From Kiritimatiellia bacterium (GTDB taxonomy: Bacteria; Verrucomicrobiota; Kiritimatiellia; CAIKKV01): 64,000 nucleotides of DNA. The notes beneath the pieces were generated by a model. It was not told where the DNA came from, did no database searches, and worked only from the letters and a program-made list of their open reading frames with translations. Position 1 is the first letter of the stretch, and each line of letters opens with the position of its first letter. This document shows, in pieces, positions 9,425-18,883 of the stretch. The stretch is taken from NCBI GenBank assembly GCA_044346855.1, contig JBIIYJ010000001.1, forward strand, positions 17,056 through 81,055, in the 5' to 3' direction. The position numbers were made by a program, and so were the translations under genes.

Positions 9425-9859
9425 TCACCCTTCCCGGGAATGGCGCATGTAATAGGAAAGAAAGCTGCGGATCACGTCCTTGTGCGTCACCTCCGCAACG
9501 GGGGGCGCCTGGGTGGCGCCGCTGCCGAAGGTGCCCTCGGTGGTCACGAAGCGCACGCCGCGCCGCTCGCGGTAGCGGACGTTCGGATAGGGCACGGTGC
9601 GGTCGGAAAAGGTGCGCGCCTGGAGGGAATAGGTGATCTCCTCCTCGCCCTGGTGGGTGACCTTGATGGAGATGGAGGTGGGCGAATCCCGGATCGCGAC
9701 GGTCCGGTCGTGCTTTTCAAGCTCGGCTTTCAATTCCTGGAAAGCCGGCAACGCCACGTCGCGCAGGAACGCTTCGAGCTCGAGGCGCCGCTCTTCCTTC
9801 TTGTCCTTGCGCTTTTCCTCGAGAAAAGAGCCCAGTTCGGATTTCCAGTCGTTCTCCAT
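9425..9859 (-). CDS. Hypothetical protein (charged N-terminus, no recognised domain)
   Basis: 144 aa starting MENDWKSEL. Strong SD GGAGG 9 nt upstream of this ATG. Its stop abuts the TPR gene start. Confidence 0.5.
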   Translation of the reverse strand: MENDWKSELGSFLEEKRKDKKEERRLELEAFLRDVALPAFQELKAELEKHDRTVAIRDSPTSISIKVTHQGEEEITYSLQARTFSDRTVPYPNVRYRERRGVRFVTTEGTFGSGATQAPPVAEVTHKDVIRSFLSYYMRHSREG

Positions 9860-9938
9860 ACTCACCATCCTCCGTCTCTTACGATAACGCGCCGGCGCCC
9901 CCGGGCACAAGCAAAAACAGGCCCCCGCCAACCCGGGT

Positions 9939-10220
9939 TCAGAGCAGTTCCGTCTCCAGCCGCACGAGCACGAAAAAGGGGCTGCCGCGCAGGATCTCCC
10001 CCAGCTCCGAGAGCCGCTTCTCGACCACCACTTTTTCGGCCGCCACGGTCACGAAGGCCAGATCCGAGGCCTGCCAGACGTCCTGGCGCCCCACCTCGGC
10101 CACGCTCACATTATGATGGCTCAGGATCCGGTCCTTCAGCGAACGCAGCACCGACCGCTTGTCCTTGAGGGACCGGCTCTCGGGAATCGTGATCGTTGCC
10201 GTCAGCAAACCGATGACCAT
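9939..10220 (-). CDS. DUF503 family protein (YlxP-like)
   Basis: 93 aa, MVIGLLTATITIPESRSLKDKRSVLRSLKDRI...VAEVG...LAFVTVAA, matching the DUF503 pattern. Start chosen at MVIG with AAAGGG upstream. Confidence 0.6.
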   Translation of the reverse strand: MVIGLLTATITIPESRSLKDKRSVLRSLKDRILSHHNVSVAEVGRQDVWQASDLAFVTVAAEKVVVEKRLSELGEILRGSPFFVLVRLETELL

Positions 10221-10294
10221 AAAAAATGCCCTTTCGCGCCAGCTTCCGCTCGGTGCCGGATTATACGGCAACCCGCCCCGGAGGGCAAGTCGTC

Positions 10295-10330
10295 ATAGCG
10301 AAATAGCGGATAGCGAATAGCGGAAAAGCG
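10295..10330. repeat. Heptanucleotide tandem repeat (ATAGCGR)x4, intergenic
   Basis: ATAGCGAA ATAGCGG ATAGCGA ATAGCGG AAAAGCG, read directly. Lies between the divergent DUF503 gene and the clpX-like gene. Confidence 0.6.
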
Positions 10331-10511
10331 TAGGATGGGTCTTGATTAAACTGAGGGCGGAAACCATCGGCATGCCCTACAGTATTCGCATAACCGGTGC
10401 CTCGTGCCTGAAAGGAGGAGGAAATACGGGCACGTTTCCGACTGGGAATGCGCCCGCATCGGCAACCGGGGAAACAACCCGCGCAGTGAACGCTTGTCAG
10501 GAACCCTGCCA

Positions 10512-12110
10512 CCCCCTACTATGCCCGCCATGGACGACGACACAGACAAGAAAAAGAAACCCGACCCCGCCGAAGCCGAAGAGGCCATCCGGGAACAGCT
10601 AGGCGACCTGCTCAAGCACGCCTCCTTCTCGTTCGCTCCCGAGGCCGGCCGCCCGCACGCCGCTCCGCCCCCGCGCAACGAGGACGAGGAGGCCCGCAAG
10701 GCGCTCGAGAAAATCCGCTCCTTCCGCCTGACCCCCCGGGAAGTGCGCGACTGGCTCGACCGGTTCGTCATCGGCCAGGGCGACGCCAAGAAGGTGCTGT
10801 CCGTGGCCGTGTGCGACCACTTCAACCACGTGCGCCAGTGCCTGGACAACCCCTCGCTCCAGGAATCCGACTACATCAAGCAGAACGTCATCCTGCTGGG
10901 CCCCACGGGGGTCGGCAAGACCTACCTCATGCGCTGCCTTTCGCGGCTCATCGGCGTGCCGTTCGTGAAGGCCGACGCGACCAAGTTTTCCGAAACCGGG
11001 TACGTGGGCGCCGACGTCGAGGACATCGTGCGCGACCTGGTGAAGGCCGCCAACGGCAACACCGACCTGGCCTCCTACGGCATCGTCTACATCGACGAAA
11101 TCGACAAGATCGCCACGCAGTCCACGCCGGGAACCCGGGACGTCTCCGGCCGCGGCGTCCAGATCAACCTGCTCAAGCTGATGGAGGACACGGACGTCAA
11201 CCTCTTCAGCCAGACGGACCTGATCGGCCAGATGCAGGCCATGATGGAGCTCCAGAAAGGCCGCGGCCCCGGCAAGCGGGCGATCAACACCCGCCATATC
11301 CTCTTCATCGTGAGCGGCGCTTTCGACACGCTGGGCGACATCGTCCGCCGGCGGATCGGCACCACGGCGATCGGCTTCTCCACGGGCCGGGAAGGCGGGG
11401 CCGAGGCCTCGGACTGGCTGCGACTCGCGCAGACGCCCGACTTCATCGCCTACGGCTTCGAGCCGGAATTCATCGGCCGCCTGCCCGTGCGGGTGGTGTG
11501 CGACTCGCTGTCGCCCGAGGACCTGGAGAACATCATGACCGGCTCCGAGGGCAGCATCCTCAAGCAGTACAAGGGCGACTTCAAGGGTTACGGCATCGAC
11601 GTCAGCCTCAGCCGGGAGTCGATCAAGGAGATCGCGCGGCGCGCCTGGGCCGAAAAAACGGGCGCCCGCGGCCTGATGACGGTGATGGAGCGGGTCTTCC
11701 GCGAGTTCAAGTACGAGCTGCCGTCCACCTCGATCGGCTCGTTCGAGGTCACCACGGACACCGTTTCGGATCCCCACGCGGCGCTGACCCGCCTGCTGAA
11801 ACAGGGCTACTCGCTGCACCTGGAGAACCTGCGGGCCGAGGCGGAGGGCTTCGCCAAGGGGTTCGAGCAGGAGCACGGACTCAGGCTGATCTTCGACCCG
11901 GAGGGCATCAGCGCGCTGCTGGACCAGAGCATCGGCACCGGCAAGTCCATCCCGCAGCTCTGCTCCGAGAAATTCGCGGACTTCCAGCACGGACTCAAGC
12001 TGATCGCCCGCAACACGGGCCAGTCGGCGTTCACCATCACGCGGGCCGCCGTCGAGGCGCCCGACAAGGAGCTCTCCCGCTGGATCGTGGAAAGCTACGC
12101 GCCCCGCTGA
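10512..12110 (+). CDS. ClpX-family AAA+ ATPase lacking the N-terminal zinc-binding domain
   Basis: ClpX-like [27 protein letters not shown], Walker [31 protein letters not shown], and an IGF loop (TTAIGFSTG). No C4 zinc finger. Start chosen at MPAMDDD (ATG 10512); alternatives are ATG 10521 or an upstream GTG/TTG. Confidence 0.8.
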   Translation, partial: PPTMPAMDDDTDKKKKPDPAEAEEAIREQLGDLLKHASFSFAPEAGRPHAAPPPRNEDEEARKALEKIRSFRLTPREVRDWLDRFVIGQGDAKKVLSVAVCDHFNHVRQCLDNPSLQESDYIKQNVILLGPTGVGKTYLMRCLSRLIGVPFVKADATKFSETGYVGADVEDIVRDLVKAANGNTDLASYGIVYIDEIDKIATQSTPGTRDVSGRGVQINLLKLMEDTDVNLFSQTDLIGQMQAMMELQKGRGPGKRAINTRHILFIVSGAFDTLGDIVRRRIGTTAIGFSTGREGGAEASDWLRLAQTPDFIAYGFEPEFIGRLPVRVVCDSLSPEDLENIMTGSEGSILKQYKGDFKGYGIDVSLSRESIKEIARRAWAEKTGARGLMTVMERVFREFKYELPSTSIGSFEVTTDTVSDPHAALTRLLKQGYSLHLENLRAEAEGFAKGFEQEHGLRLIFDPEGISALLDQSIGTGKSIPQLCSEKFADFQHGLKLIARNTGQSAFTITRAAVEAPDKELSRWIVESYAPR

Positions 12111-12115
12111 GCGGC

Positions 12116-12985
12116 CTAGCCCTTCGGCAGCGACAGGCGGAAGGGAACTCCCCCCGGGGTCCGGTCCACCGCGCCCCCGTCAGGGGCGGCGGGCGGCGCG
12201 TCCGGCCGCACGGGCTCGGGCGCCAAAACCGGGGGCGGCGGCTCCGCGGCGGGCGCCGGCCGCGCCGGCTCGCGCATCGTTTCTAATTTAGGTACAGCCG
12301 CGGGGGGCGGCGCGGGGGGCAGCGACTCGAACGCATCCGGGGGCTCCGGCGCGGGAGCCTTCTCCGGGGGCGGGTCGAGCTTCCGCACCGACCGCTGCAG
12401 GGTGGCATTCTGGAGCTCCAGCGTCGTGATGGTGTCCAGCAGCCGGTCCAGCTCCGAGAACGAATCCTTCACCTTGTCCTGAAGCGCGCTCGTGGCGGTG
12501 CGGGTGTCCAGCACGTCCTTGCGCAGGGATACCGCCGCCTTCGCCACGGTCTGAAGGTTCGAGACCGTCACCAGGCGCTCCTCCTGCTGGCGGATCTTGT
12601 CGGCCGCGATCCCCGTCTCCATCCGCTCCAGAGTATGGCGCAGGAACCAGGCCCCGCCCCCGGCCAGGCCGGCCAGGACGACGGTGAACACGGTAATCAT
12701 CGTGATCAGCTGCCGGCGGGCACGGCGCCGCTCAGCGTCCAGGAACTGCCGGAACGCGTTGAGCACCGGCAGGTCCTCCTCCAGCGCCTCATCCCCCGCG
12801 CGGATGATGGAGCCCGACTGGTCGGCGAACAGGACCACGCCCCGCTCCCGGTGAGCATGCCGGCGCGGCCGTTCACCCTCGTCGTCCGCATCGCGGGCCG
12901 CCCGCTCCCGGCGGCGGCCTTCCCGGTCGTCGCGCTCATCCCGGTCATCCCGGGCGTCCCGGTCGTCCTGGTCCTGTCGATTCAT
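12116..12985 (-). CDS. Hypothetical single-pass membrane protein (RD-rich disordered N-terminus, coiled coil, Pro-rich C-terminus)
   Basis: 289 aa. N-terminus DDRDARDDRDERDDREGRRRER, TM helix ITMITVFTVVLAGLAGGGAWFL, then a heptad-like region and PAPEPP repeats. Confidence 0.55.
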   Translation of the reverse strand: MNRQDQDDRDARDDRDERDDREGRRRERAARDADDEGERPRRHAHRERGVVLFADQSGSIIRAGDEALEEDLPVLNAFRQFLDAERRRARRQLITMITVFTVVLAGLAGGGAWFLRHTLERMETGIAADKIRQQEERLVTVSNLQTVAKAAVSLRKDVLDTRTATSALQDKVKDSFSELDRLLDTITTLELQNATLQRSVRKLDPPPEKAPAPEPPDAFESLPPAPPPAAVPKLETMREPARPAPAAEPPPPVLAPEPVRPDAPPAAPDGGAVDRTPGGVPFRLSLPKG

Positions 12986-12991
12986 GCTTTA

Positions 12992-14905
12992 TTACTTCCA
13001 GGGTATCCAGCTTTTGCCCTTGGGCGGCGGATCGTTTTTCGGCCCCGCGTGGTTCTTCTCGCGCCAGGCTTTCAGCTCCGCCTGCGCCTGCGCCTCCAGC
13101 CCGGCCAGGTTCGGCGCCTTGCGCGGCGGCGGGGCCGGCTCTTCCGCCGGGATATCCGTCACCGGCACCGTCCAGGCCGACCGCGGCCGGGCCTCGGCCG
13201 CCGGCCGCTCCGCCAGACGCGCCTCCAGGATCCGGATCCGCTCGCGGGCCCCCTCCACGTCGCGCTCGAGCCGCTCCGCCTTCGCCTGAAGGCTCTCGGC
13301 CAGCGAAACCTGGCGGTCCCGCTCCCCCTGGATAGCCGCCGCCTGCGCGGCCTGCCGCTCCCGCTCGCCTTCCAAAACCGCAACCCGGGCCGCCTGGCGG
13401 TCCCGCTCCCCCTCCAGCCGGCGCTCCTCGCCCTGCGACTGCTCGAGCCGGGCGGCCGCTTCGCGGCCCTGCCGCGCCGCCAGCTCCAGCGCGCCGGCCA
13501 GCTCCGTCCTGCCCTTCAGGGCGTCCGCCTCGACCTCCGCCAGCCGCTTCCGGGCGGCGCCGGCCGACTGCCGCAACTGCACAAGCTCCTGCTCGGTCCG
13601 GGCCGCCTCGTCAACCTCCACGCGGGCCGACTCCAGCCGGCGCTGCAACTCCGCCATGTCGCGGCGCAACAGCGTCACCTCGCGCCCCAGCGCCTCGGCC
13701 GCCTCTCGCTGCTGGCCCTCCGCCGCCTGGCGCGCCTGCGCCTCCTCGCGAAACGCCTGCGCCGTCTGCCGCTCCTTCTCGAGAGCGGCGCGCAAGGCGG
13801 CCTTCTCGGACTCGCTCGACTTCAGGGAGGAGGCCAGCGACTGCGCCTCGCTCCGGCTCTCGCTGGCGGCCCGGGCGGCGGACTCGACCTGCTCCGCCTC
13901 CCGCTTCATCCGGTCGGCCCGGCTCTGGAGGGCGGCCAGCTGCGCCTCGACCCGGCTCGCCTGGGCGGCCGCCTCCGACGCCCGGGTCTCCGCCTCGTTC
14001 AGGCGGCTCTCGTAATCGCGCTTGGCGCGGTGCAGTTCGTCGTGATTCAGGCGGATGGCCTCGTCGCCCGCCCGGACCTGCTCCGCCAGGGCGGTCCGCT
14101 CGGCCGCCAGGCTCTGGCGCTCCGCCGCCAGCTGGGCGGAGAGCAGTTCCTTTTCCCGCCCGGCGGCCTCGGCGGCCGCCTGCACGACGGGGAGGCGCTG
14201 CTCCAGGTCGCGCAGCCGCCGCTCCGCCTCCGCCTTCGCGGCCTTCAATTCGTGTTCCAGCCGGGCCCGCGTCTCCTGGTGGGCGCGCTTTTCGGCATCG
14301 AGATCCTTGCGCGCCCGCGGAAGCTCCGCCTCCGCCTGGGTCAGCCGCTCCTGGAGGGACGCGGCCTGGGTCCCCTGCTCCTCCAGCCGGCGGACGGCCA
14401 GCTCCAGCTCCTGCCGGCGCTCGCGCTCTTCCTGGAGCGAACGGCTCTCGCCGGCAAACCAGCGATCCCGCTCCTCGAGGCGCTCCTGGAGCGACTGGAT
14501 CTGGCGGACCAGCTCAACCTGGACCTCGCCCGTCTGGTCGATCGCGTCGACGAACGCCTCCAGCAGCACCTGGTAGGCGCGCGCTTCGCCGCCGTTGCCC
14601 TTGTGGATGACCTTGGTCTCCGGGGGGACCGCGCCCTCCCGGATATAGTCCAGCAGCGCCAGCGGATGGAACGGCCCGTAGCGGTTGCTGTCGCCGGGCT
14701 CCACGAACCAGTCCATACCCAATTCGGGAACAGCCTCCACGGGCCGCCAGTCCTTCCGGTTGGCGGAAATGGAATAGCCGGCCGTGAACCGGTTCTGCGC
14801 GGCCCAGGCGCGGAGCGTCTCGAAGGCGACGGGGCCGTATTCCTGGCCCGCGGGTCCGCGGAGAATCCACTGGTCGGCGGGAACGGGGGCGTCCGGCTGG
14901 GTCAT
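12992..14905 (-). CDS. DUF4339 (GYF-like) x2 plus an approximately 450-aa coiled-coil protein
   Basis: 637 aa. Two N-terminal W...YGP...W modules (WILRGPAGQEYGPVAFETLRAW; WFVEPGDSNRYGPFHPLALLDYI), then a long E/R/A/L-rich heptad region. Start ATG overlaps the dnaE stop (ATGA). Confidence 0.65.
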   Translation of the reverse strand: MTQPDAPVPADQWILRGPAGQEYGPVAFETLRAWAAQNRFTAGYSISANRKDWRPVEAVPELGMDWFVEPGDSNRYGPFHPLALLDYIREGAVPPETKVIHKGNGGEARAYQVLLEAFVDAIDQTGEVQVELVRQIQSLQERLEERDRWFAGESRSLQEERERRQELELAVRRLEEQGTQAASLQERLTQAEAELPRARKDLDAEKRAHQETRARLEHELKAAKAEAERRLRDLEQRLPVVQAAAEAAGREKELLSAQLAAERQSLAAERTALAEQVRAGDEAIRLNHDELHRAKRDYESRLNEAETRASEAAAQASRVEAQLAALQSRADRMKREAEQVESAARAASESRSEAQSLASSLKSSESEKAALRAALEKERQTAQAFREEAQARQAAEGQQREAAEALGREVTLLRRDMAELQRRLESARVEVDEAARTEQELVQLRQSAGAARKRLAEVEADALKGRTELAGALELAARQGREAAARLEQSQGEERRLEGERDRQAARVAVLEGERERQAAQAAAIQGERDRQVSLAESLQAKAERLERDVEGARERIRILEARLAERPAAEARPRSAWTVPVTDIPAEEPAPPPRKAPNLAGLEAQAQAELKAWREKNHAGPKNDPPPKGKSWIPWK

Positions 14906-17900
14906 GACGGTTTCTCCCGGGGGCGACCCCAGTCGCGGCGGTCGTTGCGGCCGTTGGACTTCAGGCTGACCCGGTTATGCGCCACAATGCGGACGTCCTT
15001 CGGCCCGGCCCACGGCTTGAGGGCCGCGAAAAACGGGGCGTCCGGCAGGACCTTGATCGTGTCGTCGCATTCGATCCGGACCGAGGACTCGCCCGGGAAC
15101 TGGATATCCAGCATCACCTGGGCGGGACCCGGATGGCGCTTGAGCACCTCCAGCAGGCCGGTCATCCGGCCCTCGTCCAGAACCGGCGCGGAAAGGCGCA
15201 AAATGACGCCTTTCGAGAACAGCTTCGGCAGCTCGGTGGCCGGGTAGATCTCGTCCGCCAGGAACGAGCTCTTGTCCTCGTCCTTTTTCCGGTAGACGCC
15301 GCTGATCAGGTACGGATGATCGGTCAGGAGGATCGACTTGTAAGCGGCGAAGGTCCGCGGGAACACCACCACTTCGATGCCGCCGTCGAACGTCTCGAAG
15401 TACAGGATGGCCATGGCCTCCTTGTTCTTCGTGATCTTCTGCTCCATGCGCGAAATGAGGCCGGTGATCCGGGTGGAGGTCCCATCGGCCGCCAGCGCGA
15501 GCTCGGCAGCGGTCGCCATCTGGTAGGGCTTAAGCGTCAGCGCGTGCTCGCTCAGGGGGTGGCCCGTCATGTAAACCCCCAGCAGTTCCTTCTCGCCCGC
15601 CAGCATCAGGCCGGTGTCCCAGGGCGGGCAGTTGGGCAGTTCCTCGGCGGAGGAGGCCGGCGTCCCGGACCCGCCGCCGAGCGCCTCGAACAGGTTCCGC
15701 TGGCCCGAGCGGCGGTCGCGCTGGATGGCCAGGGCGCGGCCCAGCGCCATGTCCAGCCCGTTGAAGAGGCGGGAGCGGTGGATCCCCAGGGAATCGAACG
15801 CGCCGCAGCGGATGAGGCTTTCAACGACCTTCCGGTTGACGGTCTGGCCGTCGAGCCGCGCGCAGAAATCGGCCAGCCCCGTGAACGGGCCGTTCGCCGT
15901 CCGCTCCTTCACGAGCGCCTCGACCGCGCCCTCGCCCACGTTCTTCACGCCGGCCAGGCCGAAGCGCACGCCGTTCTCGCCCTCGGGCGTGAAGCGCAGG
16001 CTGCTGGCGTTGACGTCGGGCGGCAGCACGGTCAGCCCCATTTCGGTGGCTTCGGAGATGAAGACGGCCATCTTGTCGAAATTGCCGAATTCGCAGGAAA
16101 TCAGGCCGCACATGAACTCGGCCGGGTAGTTGGCCTTCAGGTAGGCCGTCTGGTAGGACACCACGCCGTAACCGGCCGAATGGGCCTTGTTGAACCCGTA
16201 GCCGGCGAACTGCTCCATGTTGTCGAAAATGCGGCCCGCCTGGTCGGCCGGGATCTTGTTGGTCGCAAGGCAGCCCTTCACGAAGGCGTCGCGCTGCTTG
16301 GCCATCTCCTCTTTCTTCTTCTTGCCCATGGCGCGCCGGAGCACGTCGGCCGCGCCAAGCGAATAGCCCGCCAGCACGTTGGCGGCCTTCTGCACCTGCT
16401 CCTGGTACACCATCACGCCGTAGGTGTCCTTGAGAATGGGCTCCAGCAGGGGGTGGTCGTACGTCACCGCCGCCTGCCCCTTCTTGCGCTTGGTGTAGTC
16501 CGGCAGCATCTCCATGGGGCCGGGCCGGTAAAGGGCGATCACGGCGATCAGGTCCTCGATGTTCCCGATCCCGATGTCCCGGATCAGATTCTGCATGCCG
16601 CCGGATTCAAGCTGGAAAATGCCGACCGTGCGGCCGTTGTTGAGCAGCTCGTAGGTGGGCTTGTCGTCCAGAGGCAGGTGGTCGATGTCGACGTCGGTCT
16701 TGCGGTAGGTCTTGATCAGCTCGACCGTCTCCTTGATGACCGTCAGGGTCTTGAGCCCCAGGAAGTCCATCTTGAGAAGGCCGATCTCGCCCACCGGCTC
16801 CATGGGGTACTGGGTGACGGGCTCGCCGTCCTTGTCGCGCCCGAGGGGCAGAATCTCGATCAGCGGCCGTTCGCCGATCACGACGCCGGCCGCGTGCACG
16901 CCGGGGTTGCGGTAGAGCCCCTCCAGCACGAACGCGAAGTCCAGGATGCGCTTGGCATCCGGATCCGTGTCGTAGGCCACCTTGAATTCGGGGTTGTCGA
17001 CCAGGGCCTTCTCAAGGGTCATCTTGGGATCCTCGGGCACCATCTTGGCCAGCTGGTCGCACCGGGGCAGCGGCACCTCCAGCACGCGGCCGATGTCGCG
17101 GATCGAGGTCTTGGCCCCGAGGGAGCCGAAGGTGATGATCTGGGCGCAGTGGTCGCGCCCGTACTTCTGCTTCACGTACTCGATCACCTCGCCCCGGCGG
17201 GACTGGCAGAAGTCGATGTCGAAGTCCGGCGGGGAGACGCGCTCGGGGTTCAGGAACCGCTCGAAGATCAGCTTGTAGCGCAGCGGATCCACGGCCGTGA
17301 TGCCCATCGCGTAGGCCACCAGGCTGCCGCAGCCCGAGCCGCGGCCAGGCCCCACGGGGATGTCCCGCCGCTTGGCGAAATCGACATAGTCCCAGACCAC
17401 GAGGAAGTAGTTCAGGAAGCCGGTCTTGGCAATCACCCTCAGCTCGTGCTCGAAACGCTCCAGCACCTCGCGCTCGAAGTCCGTCCTGGGATTGCCGGGG
17501 TCCGGAATGCCATAGAGCTTCGTGATGCCCTGGTAGCAGAGCCGCCGGATGTAGCCGGCCTGGTCCAGCCCGTCGGGCGACTGGTAGACGGGAAAATGCA
17601 GCACGCCGAACTCGATCTCGACGTTGCACTGCTCGGCGACCTCGACGGTGCGGGCGCAGGCGTCCGGGAACTCGGCCGCCAGCCGGGCCATCTCGTCGCC
17701 CGTCTTCAGATAGAACTCGGGCGTCGGGTAGCGCATGTGGCCGGGGTCGCTCATCACCGTCTGGGTCTGGAGGCACAGCAGCACCTCGTGGGCCTGGGCA
17801 TGCTCGCGCTTGAGGTAGTGGGCGTCGTTGGTGGCCACCACGGGAAGGCCGGTCTTGCGCGCCAGTTCGGCCAGCGCCCGGTTGACCTTGCGCTGCTCGG

Positions 17901-18444
17901 GGATGCCGTGGTCCATGAACTCCAGATAGAAGCTCTTGGGCCCGAAAATGTCGGAATAGGCGCCCGCCACCCGGACCGCGCCGGCCATATCGTCGTTGAC
18001 CAGCTGCTGCGCCACCTCCCCCTGGAGGCAGGCGGCCAGCCCGATGAGGCCCTTGCTGTGGCGGGAGAGCAGCTCCAGGTCGATGCGGGGCTTATAGTAG
18101 AAGCCCTCGAGGTAGGCCAGGGTGTTCAGGCGGGCCAGGTTGAAGTAGCCCTCCGAATCCTTTGCCAGCAGCACGAGGTGGCGGTTGGGATTGCCCTGCG
18201 ACTCGGCCCGCTTCTCCAGGCGGGTCTCCTTCGCCAGGTAGGCCTCGCAGCCGATGATCGGGCGGACCCCCTTTTCCTTGCATTTCTTGAAGAAATCGAC
18301 CGCCCCGCACATGTTGCCATGGTCGGTCATGGCCACGGCCTTGACCTCCTGGGCGGCGGCGGCGGCAACCAGGTCGCCGATCCGGCACGCGCCGTCGAGC
18401 AGGCTGTACTGGGTGTGGACGTGAAGATGGACAAAGGGGGTCAT
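14902..18444 (-). CDS. dnaE: DNA polymerase III subunit alpha
   Basis: 1180 aa. PHP domain N-terminus MTPFVHLHVHTQYSLLDGA and conserved polymerase core. Confidence 0.95.
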   Translation of the reverse strand: MTPFVHLHVHTQYSLLDGACRIGDLVAAAAAQEVKAVAMTDHGNMCGAVDFFKKCKEKGVRPIIGCEAYLAKETRLEKRAESQGNPNRHLVLLAKDSEGYFNLARLNTLAYLEGFYYKPRIDLELLSRHSKGLIGLAACLQGEVAQQLVNDDMAGAVRVAGAYSDIFGPKSFYLEFMDHGIPEQRKVNRALAELARKTGLPVVATNDAHYLKREHAQAHEVLLCLQTQTVMSDPGHMRYPTPEFYLKTGDEMARLAAEFPDACARTVEVAEQCNVEIEFGVLHFPVYQSPDGLDQAGYIRRLCYQGITKLYGIPDPGNPRTDFEREVLERFEHELRVIAKTGFLNYFLVVWDYVDFAKRRDIPVGPGRGSGCGSLVAYAMGITAVDPLRYKLIFERFLNPERVSPPDFDIDFCQSRRGEVIEYVKQKYGRDHCAQIITFGSLGAKTSIRDIGRVLEVPLPRCDQLAKMVPEDPKMTLEKALVDNPEFKVAYDTDPDAKRILDFAFVLEGLYRNPGVHAAGVVIGERPLIEILPLGRDKDGEPVTQYPMEPVGEIGLLKMDFLGLKTLTVIKETVELIKTYRKTDVDIDHLPLDDKPTYELLNNGRTVGIFQLESGGMQNLIRDIGIGNIEDLIAVIALYRPGPMEMLPDYTKRKKGQAAVTYDHPLLEPILKDTYGVMVYQEQVQKAANVLAGYSLGAADVLRRAMGKKKKEEMAKQRDAFVKGCLATNKIPADQAGRIFDNMEQFAGYGFNKAHSAGYGVVSYQTAYLKANYPAEFMCGLISCEFGNFDKMAVFISEATEMGLTVLPPDVNASSLRFTPEGENGVRFGLAGVKNVGEGAVEALVKERTANGPFTGLADFCARLDGQTVNRKVVESLIRCGAFDSLGIHRSRLFNGLDMALGRALAIQRDRRSGQRNLFEALGGGSGTPASSAEELPNCPPWDTGLMLAGEKELLGVYMTGHPLSEHALTLKPYQMATAAELALAADGTSTRITGLISRMEQKITKNKEAMAILYFETFDGGIEVVVFPRTFAAYKSILLTDHPYLISGVYRKKDEDKSSFLADEIYPATELPKLFSKGVILRLSAPVLDEGRMTGLLEVLKRHPGPAQVMLDIQFPGESSVRIECDDTIKVLPDAPFFAALKPWAGPKDVRIVAHNRVSLKSNGRNDRRDWGRPREKPS

Positions 18445-18591
18445 ATTTTGAAATGGTATTCTATCCGCGCGGGAACGGGAAAGAAAGATTTTTTAATCCT
18501 GCCTCCCGCCTGCGATCCGGCCTGCATGGCGCTGTGCGGTTAGGCTGAAACCGGACCCATCCTATCCCCTGTTGGACAACGTCAGCGACAC

Positions 18592-18618
18592 TTGACAGCC
18601 CCTCATGCGATGTATAAT
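18592..18618 (+). promoter_or_regulatory. Candidate sigma-70 promoter for vapBC (TTGACA-15 nt-TGtTATAAT)
   Basis: TTGACA at 18592-18597 and extended -10 TGTTATAAT at 18610-18618, about 30 nt upstream of the vapB ATG. Spacing of 15 nt is slightly short. Confidence 0.45.
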
Positions 18619-18646
18619 AATGATGTATATTGAAAGGCGTGCCGTC

Positions 18647-18880
18647 ATGGTCAGAACCCAGATCTACTTGACAAAGGACGAACACGACGAGCTGCATGCC
18701 GTCGCGAAATCGACAGGGAAAAAGCGGTCGGAGCTGATCCGTGAAGCGATCGACCGTTTCCTTGACGACACCCTCGAGAGCCGTCGCAAGGCCGGGTTGA
18801 GGAAAGCGGCCGGCCTCTGGAAGGATCGCCATGATCTGCCCGATTTCGCCGGAGCGAGGCGCTCCTGGAACAGGGAATAA
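18647..18880 (+). CDS. vapB: Type II antitoxin, ribbon-helix-helix (VapB/CopG-like)
   Basis: 77 aa, MVRTQIYLTKDEHDELHAVAKSTGKKRSELIREAIDRFL (RHH fold). SD AAAGG. Lies 3 nt upstream of the PIN toxin. Confidence 0.75.
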   Translation: MVRTQIYLTKDEHDELHAVAKSTGKKRSELIREAIDRFLDDTLESRRKAGLRKAAGLWKDRHDLPDFAGARRSWNRE

Positions 18881-18883
18881 CCC

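Noticed and set aside
6068-9452. Long plus-strand ORFs (681 and 605 aa) covering the dnaG and TPR loci
   Set aside because: These are antisense shadows with an R/G/P-rich composition and no motifs. dnaG and the TPR gene on the minus strand are well supported.
12635-18543. 870-aa and 1188-aa plus-strand ORFs
   Set aside because: They are antisense to the coiled-coil gene and dnaE and have Arg/Leu/Gly-rich low-complexity composition.
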